A stretch of DNA of 19,539 nucleotides from Limisphaerales bacterium (GCA_965657355.1 CBFHOE010000001.1:530859-550397); one strand, 5' to 3'. Counted from the stretch's first letter, positions 7,967 through 17,255 are shown. Numbers and translations are program-made. Notes: a model not told the origin generated them from the letters alone.

Positions 7967-9244
7967 TTATATATTATAAGCACCTAGTTTTGTAGCCACT
8001 TTATTTTTTGCAAGCTTTGTATACCTTGGCATTCCATGCATGTATGGAACTTGTGGTTCTCCCTTGATCAATGGACGGGCGTATCTCATAAACTTCTCAT
8101 TTGGAAGAAATCCATCCTCTGTCATCCACTCTCGGGGAAGAAAGTGCTCGATATTGGCGACCTCATAGAGTGGGTGGAGGTCCGTAGTCCATTCATAAGG
8201 TTCGCTGGACCTTCGCACTATTTTGACCATGAATCCCGAGTTTCCATCTACCGCCGATTTGGCCGCTTTGGCGCCACAAGCATAGGCTTCGTCGATATCT
8301 GTCTGGCTGGCAATATGGGCAGCAGCGCGCTGTGCATAACCTAATTTAACGGTTCTTGTTTTTAACTTGAGGTTGTCTTGGACGATATCTTTAAGTTTTT
8401 CTGCGGCTCCGGCCAAAACAGGGTGACCGAATGCATCCAAATTATTCTTGTCAGCCCCGATTTCGTCGCCATTTTCATCCTTTAATCCTTCACCGACGAC
8501 GACGACACAGTAACCTTTTTTCTCAATAACTTCTTTAACCCTATTGAGGAAGGTATACTGATTAAATGCGATTTCGGGAACGAGTATAATATGAGGAGGA
8601 TCATCGGGGTATTGTTTGGCTAATGCCGTTCCTGCAGCTATCCAACCAGCACTTCTTCCCATCACCTCAACGATGCAGCACGCCCCGTCGTCCGTCGCCA
8701 TGGAAGCAACATCAGTAGCTATTTCCAAAGTTGTTATAGCATTGTATTTGATGACCGAGCCATAACCAGGTGTGTGGTCGGTGTGAGGTAAATCGTTGTC
8801 GATTGTCTTCGGAACACCAATGACTCGCATATCGTATCCTTTTTGGATGGCCATGGAGTGAATTTTGGCGGAGGTGTCCTGTGAATCGTTCCCACCGATG
8901 TAAAAGAAATACCTAATATTGTGAGCTTCAAAAACTTCAAAGAGGCGGTTCATGTCGGTCATGGCTCTCTGTGGGTTTTTCTTCGAATCTATTTTATATC
9001 GGCATGTTCCAAGAGCTGCAGCGGGCGCATTCTTCAAGCCACTTATGGTTTTGTTGGTTTCCTCATTAAAATCAATGAGGTCTTCCTTCAAAATTCCATA
9101 GATTCCATTCAGCCCACCGTAAATCTCCTCTATGGCGTTCACATGTTTTCCTGCTTCCTCAACAACACCAGCCAAACTGGCATTGATAACGGAAGTTGGT
9201 CCACCCGATTGGGCAACTAGCAAATTTCCAACTAATTCTGACAT
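7967..9244 (-). CDS. pfp: 6-phosphofructokinase, pyrophosphate-dependent type
   Basis: AQSGGPTSVIN, GGNDS (Asp where ATP-PFKs have Gly), PKTIDND (Lys), EVMGRSAGW, DAFGH, GYAQR; SD-like GAGGA upstream. Confidence 0.93.
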   Translation of the reverse strand: MSELVGNLLVAQSGGPTSVINASLAGVVEEAGKHVNAIEEIYGGLNGIYGILKEDLIDFNEETNKTISGLKNAPAAALGTCRYKIDSKKNPQRAMTDMNRLFEVFEAHNIRYFFYIGGNDSQDTSAKIHSMAIQKGYDMRVIGVPKTIDNDLPHTDHTPGYGSVIKYNAITTLEIATDVASMATDDGACCIVEVMGRSAGWIAAGTALAKQYPDDPPHIILVPEIAFNQYTFLNRVKEVIEKKGYCVVVVGEGLKDENGDEIGADKNNLDAFGHPVLAGAAEKLKDIVQDNLKLKTRTVKLGYAQRAAAHIASQTDIDEAYACGAKAAKSAVDGNSGFMVKIVRRSSEPYEWTTDLHPLYEVANIEHFLPREWMTEDGFLPNEKFMRYARPLIKGEPQVPYMHGMPRYTKLAKNKVATKLGAYNI

Positions 9245-9432
9245 GATATTTTAATCCTCGTTCTCCAAGTTAATCTTGGTACACGGATACGAGCCCGTCC
9301 CTCCGACAGGTAATCTATTCTTTTCACAGAAATACCACCTCGTGTCAAAGCTGAATCTCCTATATTTGAATAATCGGAGCAAAATTTTGGTTTTTTCTTG
9401 AAATTTCTTAGAATTGCGGACTTATTTATTAA

Positions 9433-9840
9433 GTGGAATCGAGTCAGTTGGATCAATACATACCTGTTCTAATTCTAGCGGCGGTCGCCTTCGCGTTTGC
9501 CATCGGAAACCTTGTCACTTCTGTCGTACTCGGCAAACTTGGTAAACGCAATAAGTTTAAAGATACCCCATATGAGTGCGGGATGCTACCGGAAGGATCG
9601 GGGAATTCCAGAATGTCGGTTAAATTTTACTTAGTAGCGATGCTGTTCATTTTGTTCGACATCGAAGTCGTTTTTCTATATCCATGGGCCACAGTCTATA
9701 AAGATCTATTAGCCGATCCAATCACCAAGGACCTTATTCTTGGTTCTATGATCAGTTTTTTGGGAATATTATTTATCGGGTATATATATGCTGTCAAAAA
9801 AGGTGCTTTCGACTGGGCAAATAGATCCAGGAAATCCTAG
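9433..9840 (+). CDS. nuoA: NADH-quinone oxidoreductase subunit A
   Basis: KDTPYECG, KFYLVAMLFILFDIEVVFLYPWA, YAVKKGAFDW; three TM helices; GTG start. Confidence 0.96.
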   Translation: MESSQLDQYIPVLILAAVAFAFAIGNLVTSVVLGKLGKRNKFKDTPYECGMLPEGSGNSRMSVKFYLVAMLFILFDIEVVFLYPWATVYKDLLADPITKDLILGSMISFLGILFIGYIYAVKKGAFDWANRSRKS

Positions 9841-9880
9841 TGCATGCTCCATGATATTTTCATCATACTCGTGACAATTT

Positions 9881-9920
9881 AAAAGCTGCAGGGTCCTTTG
9901 GGTTATGCAGCTACTCTTTT
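9881..9920 (+). terminator. Probable intrinsic terminator after nuoA
   Basis: AGCTGCA (9884-9890) pairs with TGCAGCT (9906-9912); followed by ACTCTTTT and preceded by an A run, so possibly bidirectional. Confidence 0.5.
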
Positions 9921-10011
9921 GGTTTAAATGATTTGTCACATTATAAACATTTAAATTAAAGCCAACCTTCTTGGCAAATTCTCAACAGACACACAATACT
10001 CACTCAATCTT

Positions 10012-11448
10012 ATGGACCCAGTCATAAAATTCGGGACAAGCGGATGGCGTGGACTCATCGCGCGCGATTTCACCTTTTCCAATCTCAGCCTCGCTGCTGA
10101 GTCTTTTGGTCGCGTAATGAAAAAGGAGTTGAGAAAAAAAAGATCTCCAATTTACGGAAGCAAACCTCTTATCATTGTCGGATTTGACGCGAGGTTCATG
10201 GGACGCGAATTTGCTCAAAGGACTGCCGAGATTCTACATGCCCAAGGCTTCGAGATATTGATTGTCGACAGAGACACTCCGACTCCAGTTTTAGCTTTTG
10301 GCATCAAAAAAAAGAAGGCAATTGCTGGGGTTAATATCACGGCAAGTCACAACCCTTATCAATACAGCGGTTTCAAAATTTCTTTATGGAATGGTGCAGG
10401 AGCCCCTAAAAGTTGGACTAATGCCATAGAAACCCAGGCCTTCGAGCTTCGAAAAAGAAACTGGAAGTGGAAGCCTCCAATAACTCACCCAAAGATCAAA
10501 TCCGTTGATCTTTCTGCGGCTTATTGCAAAAGGATTCGGCAGCTAGTGGATTTAGAAAAGATAGCACAAAGCGGAATCCTGATCGGGGTTGATGCAATGC
10601 ATGGGGCTGGACGTGGATATCTCAGTCGACTTTTGCAGGAATCTGGCGCTAGGTTCCATGCCATCAAAGAAGATCTCAACCCCTTATTCGATGGTCGTAA
10701 TCCTGAGCCTGACGATTCAGGGATGGAACACATCCGGCAATGGATGAAAAAAAACAAAGCTAAAATTTGTTTGGGATTAGATGGTGATGCCGATAGGTTT
10801 GGGATATTGGATTCTAACGGTAGCTGGCTGACCCCTAACCAAATTTTAACCCTCGTACTTTATCATCTCCACAAAAACAAGGGACTCAATGGCTCTGTCG
10901 TTAGGACTGTTCCCACGAGTCATCAAGTTGAGGAATTAGCCAAGTCCTTTAATTTAACTGTTCATGAAACGCCCGTCGGATTCAAACATATCGCAGCAAT
11001 CATGGAATCAGAAAAGGTTATCGTTGGCGGTGAGGAGTCTGGTGGACTAAGTATACAAAACCATATTCCAGAAAAAGATGGAATCCTAGCTTGCCTGCTT
11101 ATATCTGAACTAATCGCCATAGAAAAAAGGTCCCTTACTCAAATTTTACAAAGAATCACCAAATCTATTGGGCCCTTCATTACCAGCCGAATTAATATTC
11201 CCGTTGATCCCAATTCCAAAGATTCATTGGTGAAGATGCTCGGGTCCGGAATAACTCATATAGGTACGACTAGAGTCGTCGAATCAGTCACCAAGGATGG
11301 ATTTAAGTTTCTGCTGGGAAATGGTGAATGGGTAGCTTTTAGGGCAAGTGGCACTGAACCCGTATTCAGGTGTTATATTGAAGCTCGGTCTCAGGCAAAT
11401 TTCAACAAACTTGAGAAAGCCTGTAAGAAGCTACTCTCAAATTTTTGA
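10012..11448 (+). CDS. Phosphoglucomutase/phosphomannomutase family (alpha-D-phosphohexomutase)
   Basis: IKFGTSGWRG, TASHNP (phosphoserine), DGDADR (metal loop), GGEESGG (sugar loop), RASGTEP. Confidence 0.95.
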   Translation: MDPVIKFGTSGWRGLIARDFTFSNLSLAAESFGRVMKKELRKKRSPIYGSKPLIIVGFDARFMGREFAQRTAEILHAQGFEILIVDRDTPTPVLAFGIKKKKAIAGVNITASHNPYQYSGFKISLWNGAGAPKSWTNAIETQAFELRKRNWKWKPPITHPKIKSVDLSAAYCKRIRQLVDLEKIAQSGILIGVDAMHGAGRGYLSRLLQESGARFHAIKEDLNPLFDGRNPEPDDSGMEHIRQWMKKNKAKICLGLDGDADRFGILDSNGSWLTPNQILTLVLYHLHKNKGLNGSVVRTVPTSHQVEELAKSFNLTVHETPVGFKHIAAIMESEKVIVGGEESGGLSIQNHIPEKDGILACLLISELIAIEKRSLTQILQRITKSIGPFITSRINIPVDPNSKDSLVKMLGSGITHIGTTRVVESVTKDGFKFLLGNGEWVAFRASGTEPVFRCYIEARSQANFNKLEKACKKLLSNF

Positions 11449-11473
11449 TGAACAAAATGTTGATTCTTTTCTA

Positions 11474-11962
11474 GTGACTGGATACATCCGAATTTTGATT
11501 GATGGCTACAATCTGCTTCACGCCTGGCCTGACCTGGCCAAAGGATACCCAAGGTATTCTGAAGAGGCACGCGACGAGCTTCGGTTTATACTCCAACAAT
11601 TCCAAGACCACTCAGGCATTCAGGTTACATTGATTTTTGATGGAAAAGGCAAGAAGAGCCCCACAAAAAGGTCGAATAAATTAAAGAAAAAGGCCCGAGA
11701 AAGCGACATGATGGAAGTGCTTTTTTCTCCTTCTGGCATGTCCGCTGATAATGTAATTGAGAGACTTGCCTGCAGATTGGCGGAATATGGAAAGGTTTTA
11801 GTTGTCTCCAATGACTCAATAGAAAAATCGACAGTTCGATCATTTGGGGCCGACACCATGGGGTGTCAAAATTTTATAAACGAAATCTCCCGATGCGAGG
11901 TATCATTTTCCGAAAAAATAAATCGTCATAACTCTAAGGAAAAAAGCAACTTTCACCGATAA
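11474..11962 (+). CDS. NYN-domain ribonuclease, YacP/Rae1 family
   Basis: ILIDGYNL, LIFDG, SADNVIERL, VVSND acidic motifs. The ORF-track start (11348) overlaps the upstream gene by about 100 nt; the in-frame GTG at 11474 fits the family N-terminus. Confidence 0.87.
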   Translation: MTGYIRILIDGYNLLHAWPDLAKGYPRYSEEARDELRFILQQFQDHSGIQVTLIFDGKGKKSPTKRSNKLKKKARESDMMEVLFSPSGMSADNVIERLACRLAEYGKVLVVSNDSIEKSTVRSFGADTMGCQNFINEISRCEVSFSEKINRHNSKEKSNFHR

Positions 11963-11989
11963 TACTAATGGATCATCAGCCATTTACAT

Positions 11990-13261
11990 ATGAGTTCCAT
12001 TGGGAAAAAAATAACATCAATTCTGTCGCTTACATTACTTAATCTCGCAGCTGTTAGTGCGGCGGAGTCTTCGATACCCCAGAGCCCGGACGGTCCACCT
12101 GACTTTTTATTTGTCATCGACATTTCAAATGCGGCTAAAAATTACAAGCAGGATCAAATTTTTGAGCTCAAGTCGCAAATTTCAACTGGATTGGATGGAG
12201 CTATGATCGATGGTGAGACTTACACTATCTGGGCTGCAGGCAAAACTATTGATAAGAAATCTTTTCCAATGGTGACCTGGAGCCGCTCGCAAGCTGATAT
12301 ATTAGCGGCCAATGCAATACAACTTCTGTCCAAAAAAGACTGGAACTCAGAGGCTGATTGGGGGGCCTCTTTAAGGCATTTTTATTCTGCAATCAAAGGT
12401 GCGAAGGATATTAACCTCATAATAATTTCCTCTCCTACTCACTTCGTTTGGGGTACCCCATTTGATTCTAAGGTAAAAAAATATATTGAGCAGAAAGGAA
12501 AAAAACACCTCGTTTTACGAAAACCTTTAGTGACCGCAATAAAATGCCAAGCTATTGAGATTATTGATCTCTCGCTGTCGTCAAATAATGAAGTAATCCC
12601 ACTTTTCAAATCTCTTTCTTTGGTCAATGAAAGTAAAATAGGATCACCTCCAGAGAGGCACAACTTGGTAATTAATCCGGACCAATCCAACTCTTTATCA
12701 AAAGGACAATCTTACGCGATACCTTCAAAGCCAATTATCATGGTTGGCGATAAGGTCCTCAATGAGGAGCAAGTTAATTCTTCACCACAAAACGACTCGA
12801 TAAATGAAATTCAAGATCCTGGACATTCCGTTGCTGATAACGAAACGGTCGCAAAAGATGAAGAATCTATAGAGTTTACAAAAGCAGTGATGAAGCCCAA
12901 GAATTCTAGCAATGGATTGGCAAATTCATCCAATCAAGATTCAGGAAACAAAGAAGTATCGGAGATTGCCCAAGAATCCTCGTCCTTGATTCACAATAAT
13001 GCAGTCCCCGGAGAACAAATTTTGGAAGTTCAGGCAAAAGAGGTTAAAGATAATTCAACTCGCCCTGCCCCTCCCATGGCTGCAGCAAATCCTAATCAAA
13101 AAATTACATTCACGCTGGGTAATCTTTACATGACTCTTGGTGTTGCTTCGATAATAATGTCACTTGCTTTATTTATATTAGCTTTGAAGTTCAAGGCAGC
13201 TGGTAATACATCCCTTATTACGGATGCTTATAATTTTAATAAAAATAATATGTCAAAATAA
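11990..13261 (+). CDS. Exported, membrane-anchored hypothetical protein with a vWA-like N-terminal domain
   Basis: Signal peptide (ending AVSA/A), DFLFVIDISNA resembling the vWA first strand plus a degenerate DxSxS, LIIISS at a position like vWA hhhhTDG, a long S/N/E/Q/P-rich linker, TM segment LGVASIIMSLALFILAL and a short tail. Confidence 0.6.
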   Translation: MSSIGKKITSILSLTLLNLAAVSAAESSIPQSPDGPPDFLFVIDISNAAKNYKQDQIFELKSQISTGLDGAMIDGETYTIWAAGKTIDKKSFPMVTWSRSQADILAANAIQLLSKKDWNSEADWGASLRHFYSAIKGAKDINLIIISSPTHFVWGTPFDSKVKKYIEQKGKKHLVLRKPLVTAIKCQAIEIIDLSLSSNNEVIPLFKSLSLVNESKIGSPPERHNLVINPDQSNSLSKGQSYAIPSKPIIMVGDKVLNEEQVNSSPQNDSINEIQDPGHSVADNETVAKDEESIEFTKAVMKPKNSSNGLANSSNQDSGNKEVSEIAQESSSLIHNNAVPGEQILEVQAKEVKDNSTRPAPPMAAANPNQKITFTLGNLYMTLGVASIIMSLALFILALKFKAAGNTSLITDAYNFNKNNMSK

Positions 13262-13285
13262 GGCAACCAGTATTTGACCGTGTTC

Positions 13286-13654
13286 TTAATACTCTCTAAA
13301 CCTTTGGCCTTCTTCCATATCTTCTGAACCTTCGGTATCCTCAGATCTATAACTTAACCTTCGTAGTTTATCTTCACCGACAAGATCCAATAAAGTAGTC
13401 AATTTTTGATGAACCCTGATATTGGAAATGATATTTAATAATAGTAAGAGACAGGCTACCAGAAAGAGTAAGGTCATATGCAGGTCTAATCTTTCGGATA
13501 AACCAACGACCAATATTATGAGAATAAGAGAGGCGACAGAATAAAACCCTAGTCCAAAAGGTAGGCTTTTGATCACTGCGATTTGTTTCTCCTTCCTACT
13601 TAATTCGTTTGCAAGAAGTTGGTCTTGGAGTTGCTCTCTCGGGTCCTGGTTCAT
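13286..13654 (-). CDS. Hypothetical membrane protein (2 TM helices, acidic C-terminal tail)
   Basis: ORF fills the gap; two hydrophobic segments (GLGFYSVASLILIILVVGL; MTLLFLVACLLLLLNII). Start is ATG 13654 or TTG 13663. Confidence 0.7.
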   Translation of the reverse strand: MNQDPREQLQDQLLANELSRKEKQIAVIKSLPFGLGFYSVASLILIILVVGLSERLDLHMTLLFLVACLLLLLNIISNIRVHQKLTTLLDLVGEDKLRRLSYRSEDTEGSEDMEEGQRFREY

Positions 13655-13744
13655 TTCATACAATTTACCATACTTTTTATGTTACGACTATTCTTCGTCA
13701 AGCAGTCGACTTAATCACTTTTCCCAGTGGCTCCAATCGAGACC

Positions 13745-16108
13745 CTATTCCTCACCATTTTCTTCAGGAGCTTCCAATGCTTCTAGAGCTTCTTGCATTG
13801 CATTTTTCTTCAAAGTAGATTTTTTGAGTCTGAAATTTTCAGGAATCATGATCCTTGGGAAATAATTATTTTTCCTATCGCTATCAGCCGATTCCATAAA
13901 GGGATCCACCTCAAATGAGGTCACTTTATACTCTGATTGAATTAGATAATTGATGGTCTTATTATTTCGTCTCCATATTTCGGCCGGTATAGCGATGATT
14001 TCATTAGATCCGTTTTCGTAAGTGACTTTCAAACGAATCGGCGAAATCAGCCCACCAATATTCTCGAAATTTATGGCATAGAAATGGTCGTCATTTTTGA
14101 GTAAATCTTTTTCTTCATCATTTAATTTTTCCAAGAGCTTTTGGTATTCATTTCGATCTTCCTGAGTTACTTTCAATGGGTCGTAGTTGTTATAAAAGTC
14201 TTTCAGTTCGGGAAAGCGGTCGACCCTCTTAGGAAGGTTTTTATTTCTAGTTTTTGAAAGTGTTGGTGTTTTGGATTCTCGTTCTTTTCTTTTCTTAGCT
14301 TTCTCGATGACTGGGTCTTGGCTATCCATGACAAAATAGTTCACATCTTTGATGGCAATATCACAGTGATCAGTGGAATAAAACCACCCCGCCCAAAACC
14401 AATCCAAATCCACTCCCGAGGCACTTTCCATCGTTCGGAAAAAGTCATATGGCCGAGGCCGTTTGAACATCCATTGTCTGGAATACTCTTTAAAAGCAAA
14501 GTCAAATAGATTTCGGCCCATGATAGATTCTCTTAAAACGTTAAGTGCTGTTGCTGGTTTAGCATAAGCATTGTTACCGAACTGAAGTATAGAATCGGAG
14601 TGAGTCATAATGGGAACCTGGCTTTCGCTGGTCATGTAAGAAATTATATCTTCCGGCTCTCCGCGCCTTGATGGATAATCCTCCTCCCATTCTTGCTCCG
14701 CCAAGTATTGTAAAAATGTATTTAAACCCTCATCCATCCACGTCCACCTTCTCTCATCAGAATTGACAATCATCGGAAAGTAATTGTGGCCAACCTCATG
14801 GATGATAACTGAAATGAGTCCATATTTTGAGAATTTCCATTCCCCGTATGATGGATGACCTCCAAAATAAGTGCCGTCATCCATAGCCCGCGGCCCATTG
14901 AAACAAATCATCGGATATTCCATACCACCAACGGGGCCATTAACAGAAATGGCCACCGGATATGGATAGTCAAAGGTGAATTTGGAATAAACATCTATTG
15001 TGTGGGCCACTGCATGGGTCGAATACATGCTCCACAATGGCTCAGCTTCAGGTGGGTAAAATGACATAGCTAAAGCAGTGTTGTCTCCAGATCGAACACC
15101 CATAGCATCCCAAATAAATTTCCTGGAAGACGCCCATGCAAAATCACGAACATCTTTCGCTTTGAAAATCCACGTCTGGTGTCCTTTTGAAATCTTTTCC
15201 TGATTTTTTAAGGCTTCCTGTTGAGTGACTATGAAAACTGGTTTCTCAGAGGTCCTCGCTTGATCCAGGCGAGCTATATGTTTTGCACTTAGGACATTTT
15301 CTTGATTTTGCAGCACACCAGTAGCCGCAACAAAATGATCTGAAGGAACAGTTATGGCTACTTCAAAATCTCCAAATTCAAGAGTAAACTCTCCTCGCCC
15401 TAAAAACGGTTTATGCTGCCATCCTGTATAATCTGTGTAAGCCACTACTCTTGGATACCAATGAGCTAGCTCATAAATGGCGTTTCCATCTTCTTCGAAA
15501 AATTCGTAACCCGTTCTAGCTCGTATTCTTGTAGCGTCGTTAATCGGCATCTCCCATTTTAGGGAAAAGGTAAAATCAGAATTCGGTTGAATAGGTTTTG
15601 GCAGATCAATCCGGAGGTTGGTATCTACCCTGCTCCATGATAAATCGATACCCTCGGCATCTTTTACATCTGAAATCTTAACCGTCCCATCAAAAGATTT
15701 CAGCGCTTGGAGATTCCTGAATCCATCAAATGACATCTCATCTAAAGTCGGGGCTGTGGTCGAGCGGCGGCTTATGCTATTGGGGTCAAATATTTGATTT
15801 TCGACTTGCAGCCAAATAAAATTCAGTTGATGAGGGGAATGATTGAAGTAGGTTATTTCTTCGCTGCCAAGTAATCTGTTTTCTTTCTCATCTAATTTAA
15901 CTTCGATTTTGTAATCTGCTGTCTGCTGCCAATACTCCGGCCCGGGAGCCCCACTTGGAAGTCTGGCCTCCGTAGGGTCTGGCCAATCGGAGTCCAATTG
16001 CCTAAAACGGTCATCTCCAGACAATCGAGCGATCATTGCGACAGTTATAAACCAAAGTAAACAAAGCCTATCAAAAAATTTGAGAAGAGAGTTAGTCGAG
16101 ATGGTCAT
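13745..16108 (-). CDS. M1 family zinc metallopeptidase (aminopeptidase N-like), probably exported
   Basis: GGMEYP exopeptidase motif, HEVGH-x18-E (WMDEG), NAYAKPA, YWQQTADY; hydrophobic N-terminal segment. Confidence 0.94.
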   Translation of the reverse strand: MTISTNSLLKFFDRLCLLWFITVAMIARLSGDDRFRQLDSDWPDPTEARLPSGAPGPEYWQQTADYKIEVKLDEKENRLLGSEEITYFNHSPHQLNFIWLQVENQIFDPNSISRRSTTAPTLDEMSFDGFRNLQALKSFDGTVKISDVKDAEGIDLSWSRVDTNLRIDLPKPIQPNSDFTFSLKWEMPINDATRIRARTGYEFFEEDGNAIYELAHWYPRVVAYTDYTGWQHKPFLGRGEFTLEFGDFEVAITVPSDHFVAATGVLQNQENVLSAKHIARLDQARTSEKPVFIVTQQEALKNQEKISKGHQTWIFKAKDVRDFAWASSRKFIWDAMGVRSGDNTALAMSFYPPEAEPLWSMYSTHAVAHTIDVYSKFTFDYPYPVAISVNGPVGGMEYPMICFNGPRAMDDGTYFGGHPSYGEWKFSKYGLISVIIHEVGHNYFPMIVNSDERRWTWMDEGLNTFLQYLAEQEWEEDYPSRRGEPEDIISYMTSESQVPIMTHSDSILQFGNNAYAKPATALNVLRESIMGRNLFDFAFKEYSRQWMFKRPRPYDFFRTMESASGVDLDWFWAGWFYSTDHCDIAIKDVNYFVMDSQDPVIEKAKKRKERESKTPTLSKTRNKNLPKRVDRFPELKDFYNNYDPLKVTQEDRNEYQKLLEKLNDEEKDLLKNDDHFYAINFENIGGLISPIRLKVTYENGSNEIIAIPAEIWRRNNKTINYLIQSEYKVTSFEVDPFMESADSDRKNNYFPRIMIPENFRLKKSTLKKNAMQEALEALEAPEENGEE

Positions 16109-16136
16109 ACTGGGATTATTTTAATGTGCTGAATGG

Positions 16137-17255
16137 CTATTGCAAAGATTTCAAGATTCTTTTTGTTACAGATAAGAAGCGTTTCATTTCACCAGGAGAT
16201 CCGATTGTTATTCTCAAATATTTATTGAGTCGAGGCTTATCAAAAAAACGTACGATAATTCCTTTTTCCCGAAACAACTCGAACCATTTCCTGGCTGATT
16301 TTTTGGGAGGAATGGAAAAAATGAAATTTGTTTGGCTTGGTAAAACGGAAAAACCAATCTCTTGCAAGTCCGAGGAAAGCCGTTCTCTTTCATCGATAAT
16401 GGAATTAAAATTTTCCTTATAGTATTTGATATTTTTAAGCGTTTCTACAGCAGCTATTTGGCCTAAACCATTTACATTGTAGCTATCGCGAACTTTGTCC
16501 AAGGCATGAATCAAATCAGGGTGCCCTATGGCATAGCCTACCCTTTGGAAACATAGAGAATACGATTTTGAAAAAGTACGCGTCACCATAACGTTGCTAA
16601 ATTTATCCACTAATCTTAGGGCGTTTTGATCAGCAAAATCGACGTATGCTTCGTCCAATACCACGACTCCATTCATCGATTGGCATAGAGATATGAGTTG
16701 CTCATTCTCGTACCCACGTCCGCTTGGGGCATTGGGTGTCGTCACGTAAGTCAAAGCGGCATCAAAATCCCATTTTTCAGAATCTTTCAATTCCTTGTTT
16801 GATGGGATGTCAAAATCAGGTTTCAAAGGGAACTTATTTATGTGTGCTTTGTGCGTTTCTGCCAATACAGGGTATAAAGAATAGCTCGGATCGAAAAACT
16901 GAACGGTCGCTTTAGATCGTTTTGTTTTGGCGATTACCGAGTCTGACGGTTCGACAAAAGCGCGAAGACACATGGCCAATATGTCGTCAGATCCGTTTCC
17001 AATACAAATCTGAGAAGCATCAACTCTATGAAGCTTGGCTAGTTTTGCTCTCAATTTTGATGCTTCAGGGTCAGGATATAGCCTTAACCGGTCGTCCACG
17101 GCATTCTTGGTAGCTTGGATCACATTTGGCGATGGAGGCCATGGATTTTCATTGGTATTAAGCTTGAGTAAATTCCTCCTTTTGGGTTGTTCTCCGGGAG
17201 TGTAGGCATGCAGTGATTTGACGTGCTTTCGAATGAGGCGCTTAACGTCCTTCAT
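16137..17255 (-). CDS. hisC: Histidinol-phosphate aminotransferase
   Basis: YTPGEQP, KLNTNENP, LRLYPDP, GNGSDD, PNAPSG, DEAYVDF, RTFSK (PLP lysine), LRITIG; adjacent to hisD. Confidence 0.95.
   Translation of the reverse strand: MKDVKRLIRKHVKSLHAYTPGEQPKRRNLLKLNTNENPWPPSPNVIQATKNAVDDRLRLYPDPEASKLRAKLAKLHRVDASQICIGNGSDDILAMCLRAFVEPSDSVIAKTKRSKATVQFFDPSYSLYPVLAETHKAHINKFPLKPDFDIPSNKELKDSEKWDFDAALTYVTTPNAPSGRGYENEQLISLCQSMNGVVVLDEAYVDFADQNALRLVDKFSNVMVTRTFSKSYSLCFQRVGYAIGHPDLIHALDKVRDSYNVNGLGQIAAVETLKNIKYYKENFNSIIDERERLSSDLQEIGFSVLPSQTNFIFSIPPKKSARKWFELFREKGIIVRFFDKPRLNKYLRITIGSPGEMKRFLSVTKRILKSLQ

Noticed and set aside
9320..9348. Perfect TTGACA on the minus strand upstream of pfp (9348-9343), and a similar one near 2180
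   Set aside because: No convincing -10 hexamer at 16-18 nt spacing, so no promoter was called.
9925..9942. CRP- or Rex-like site around TCACA
   Set aside because: No matching TGTGA half-site at the right spacing.
11348..11473. N-terminal extension of the NYN ORF
   Set aside because: Overlaps the mutase 3' end by about 100 nt; the family motif begins right after GTG 11474.
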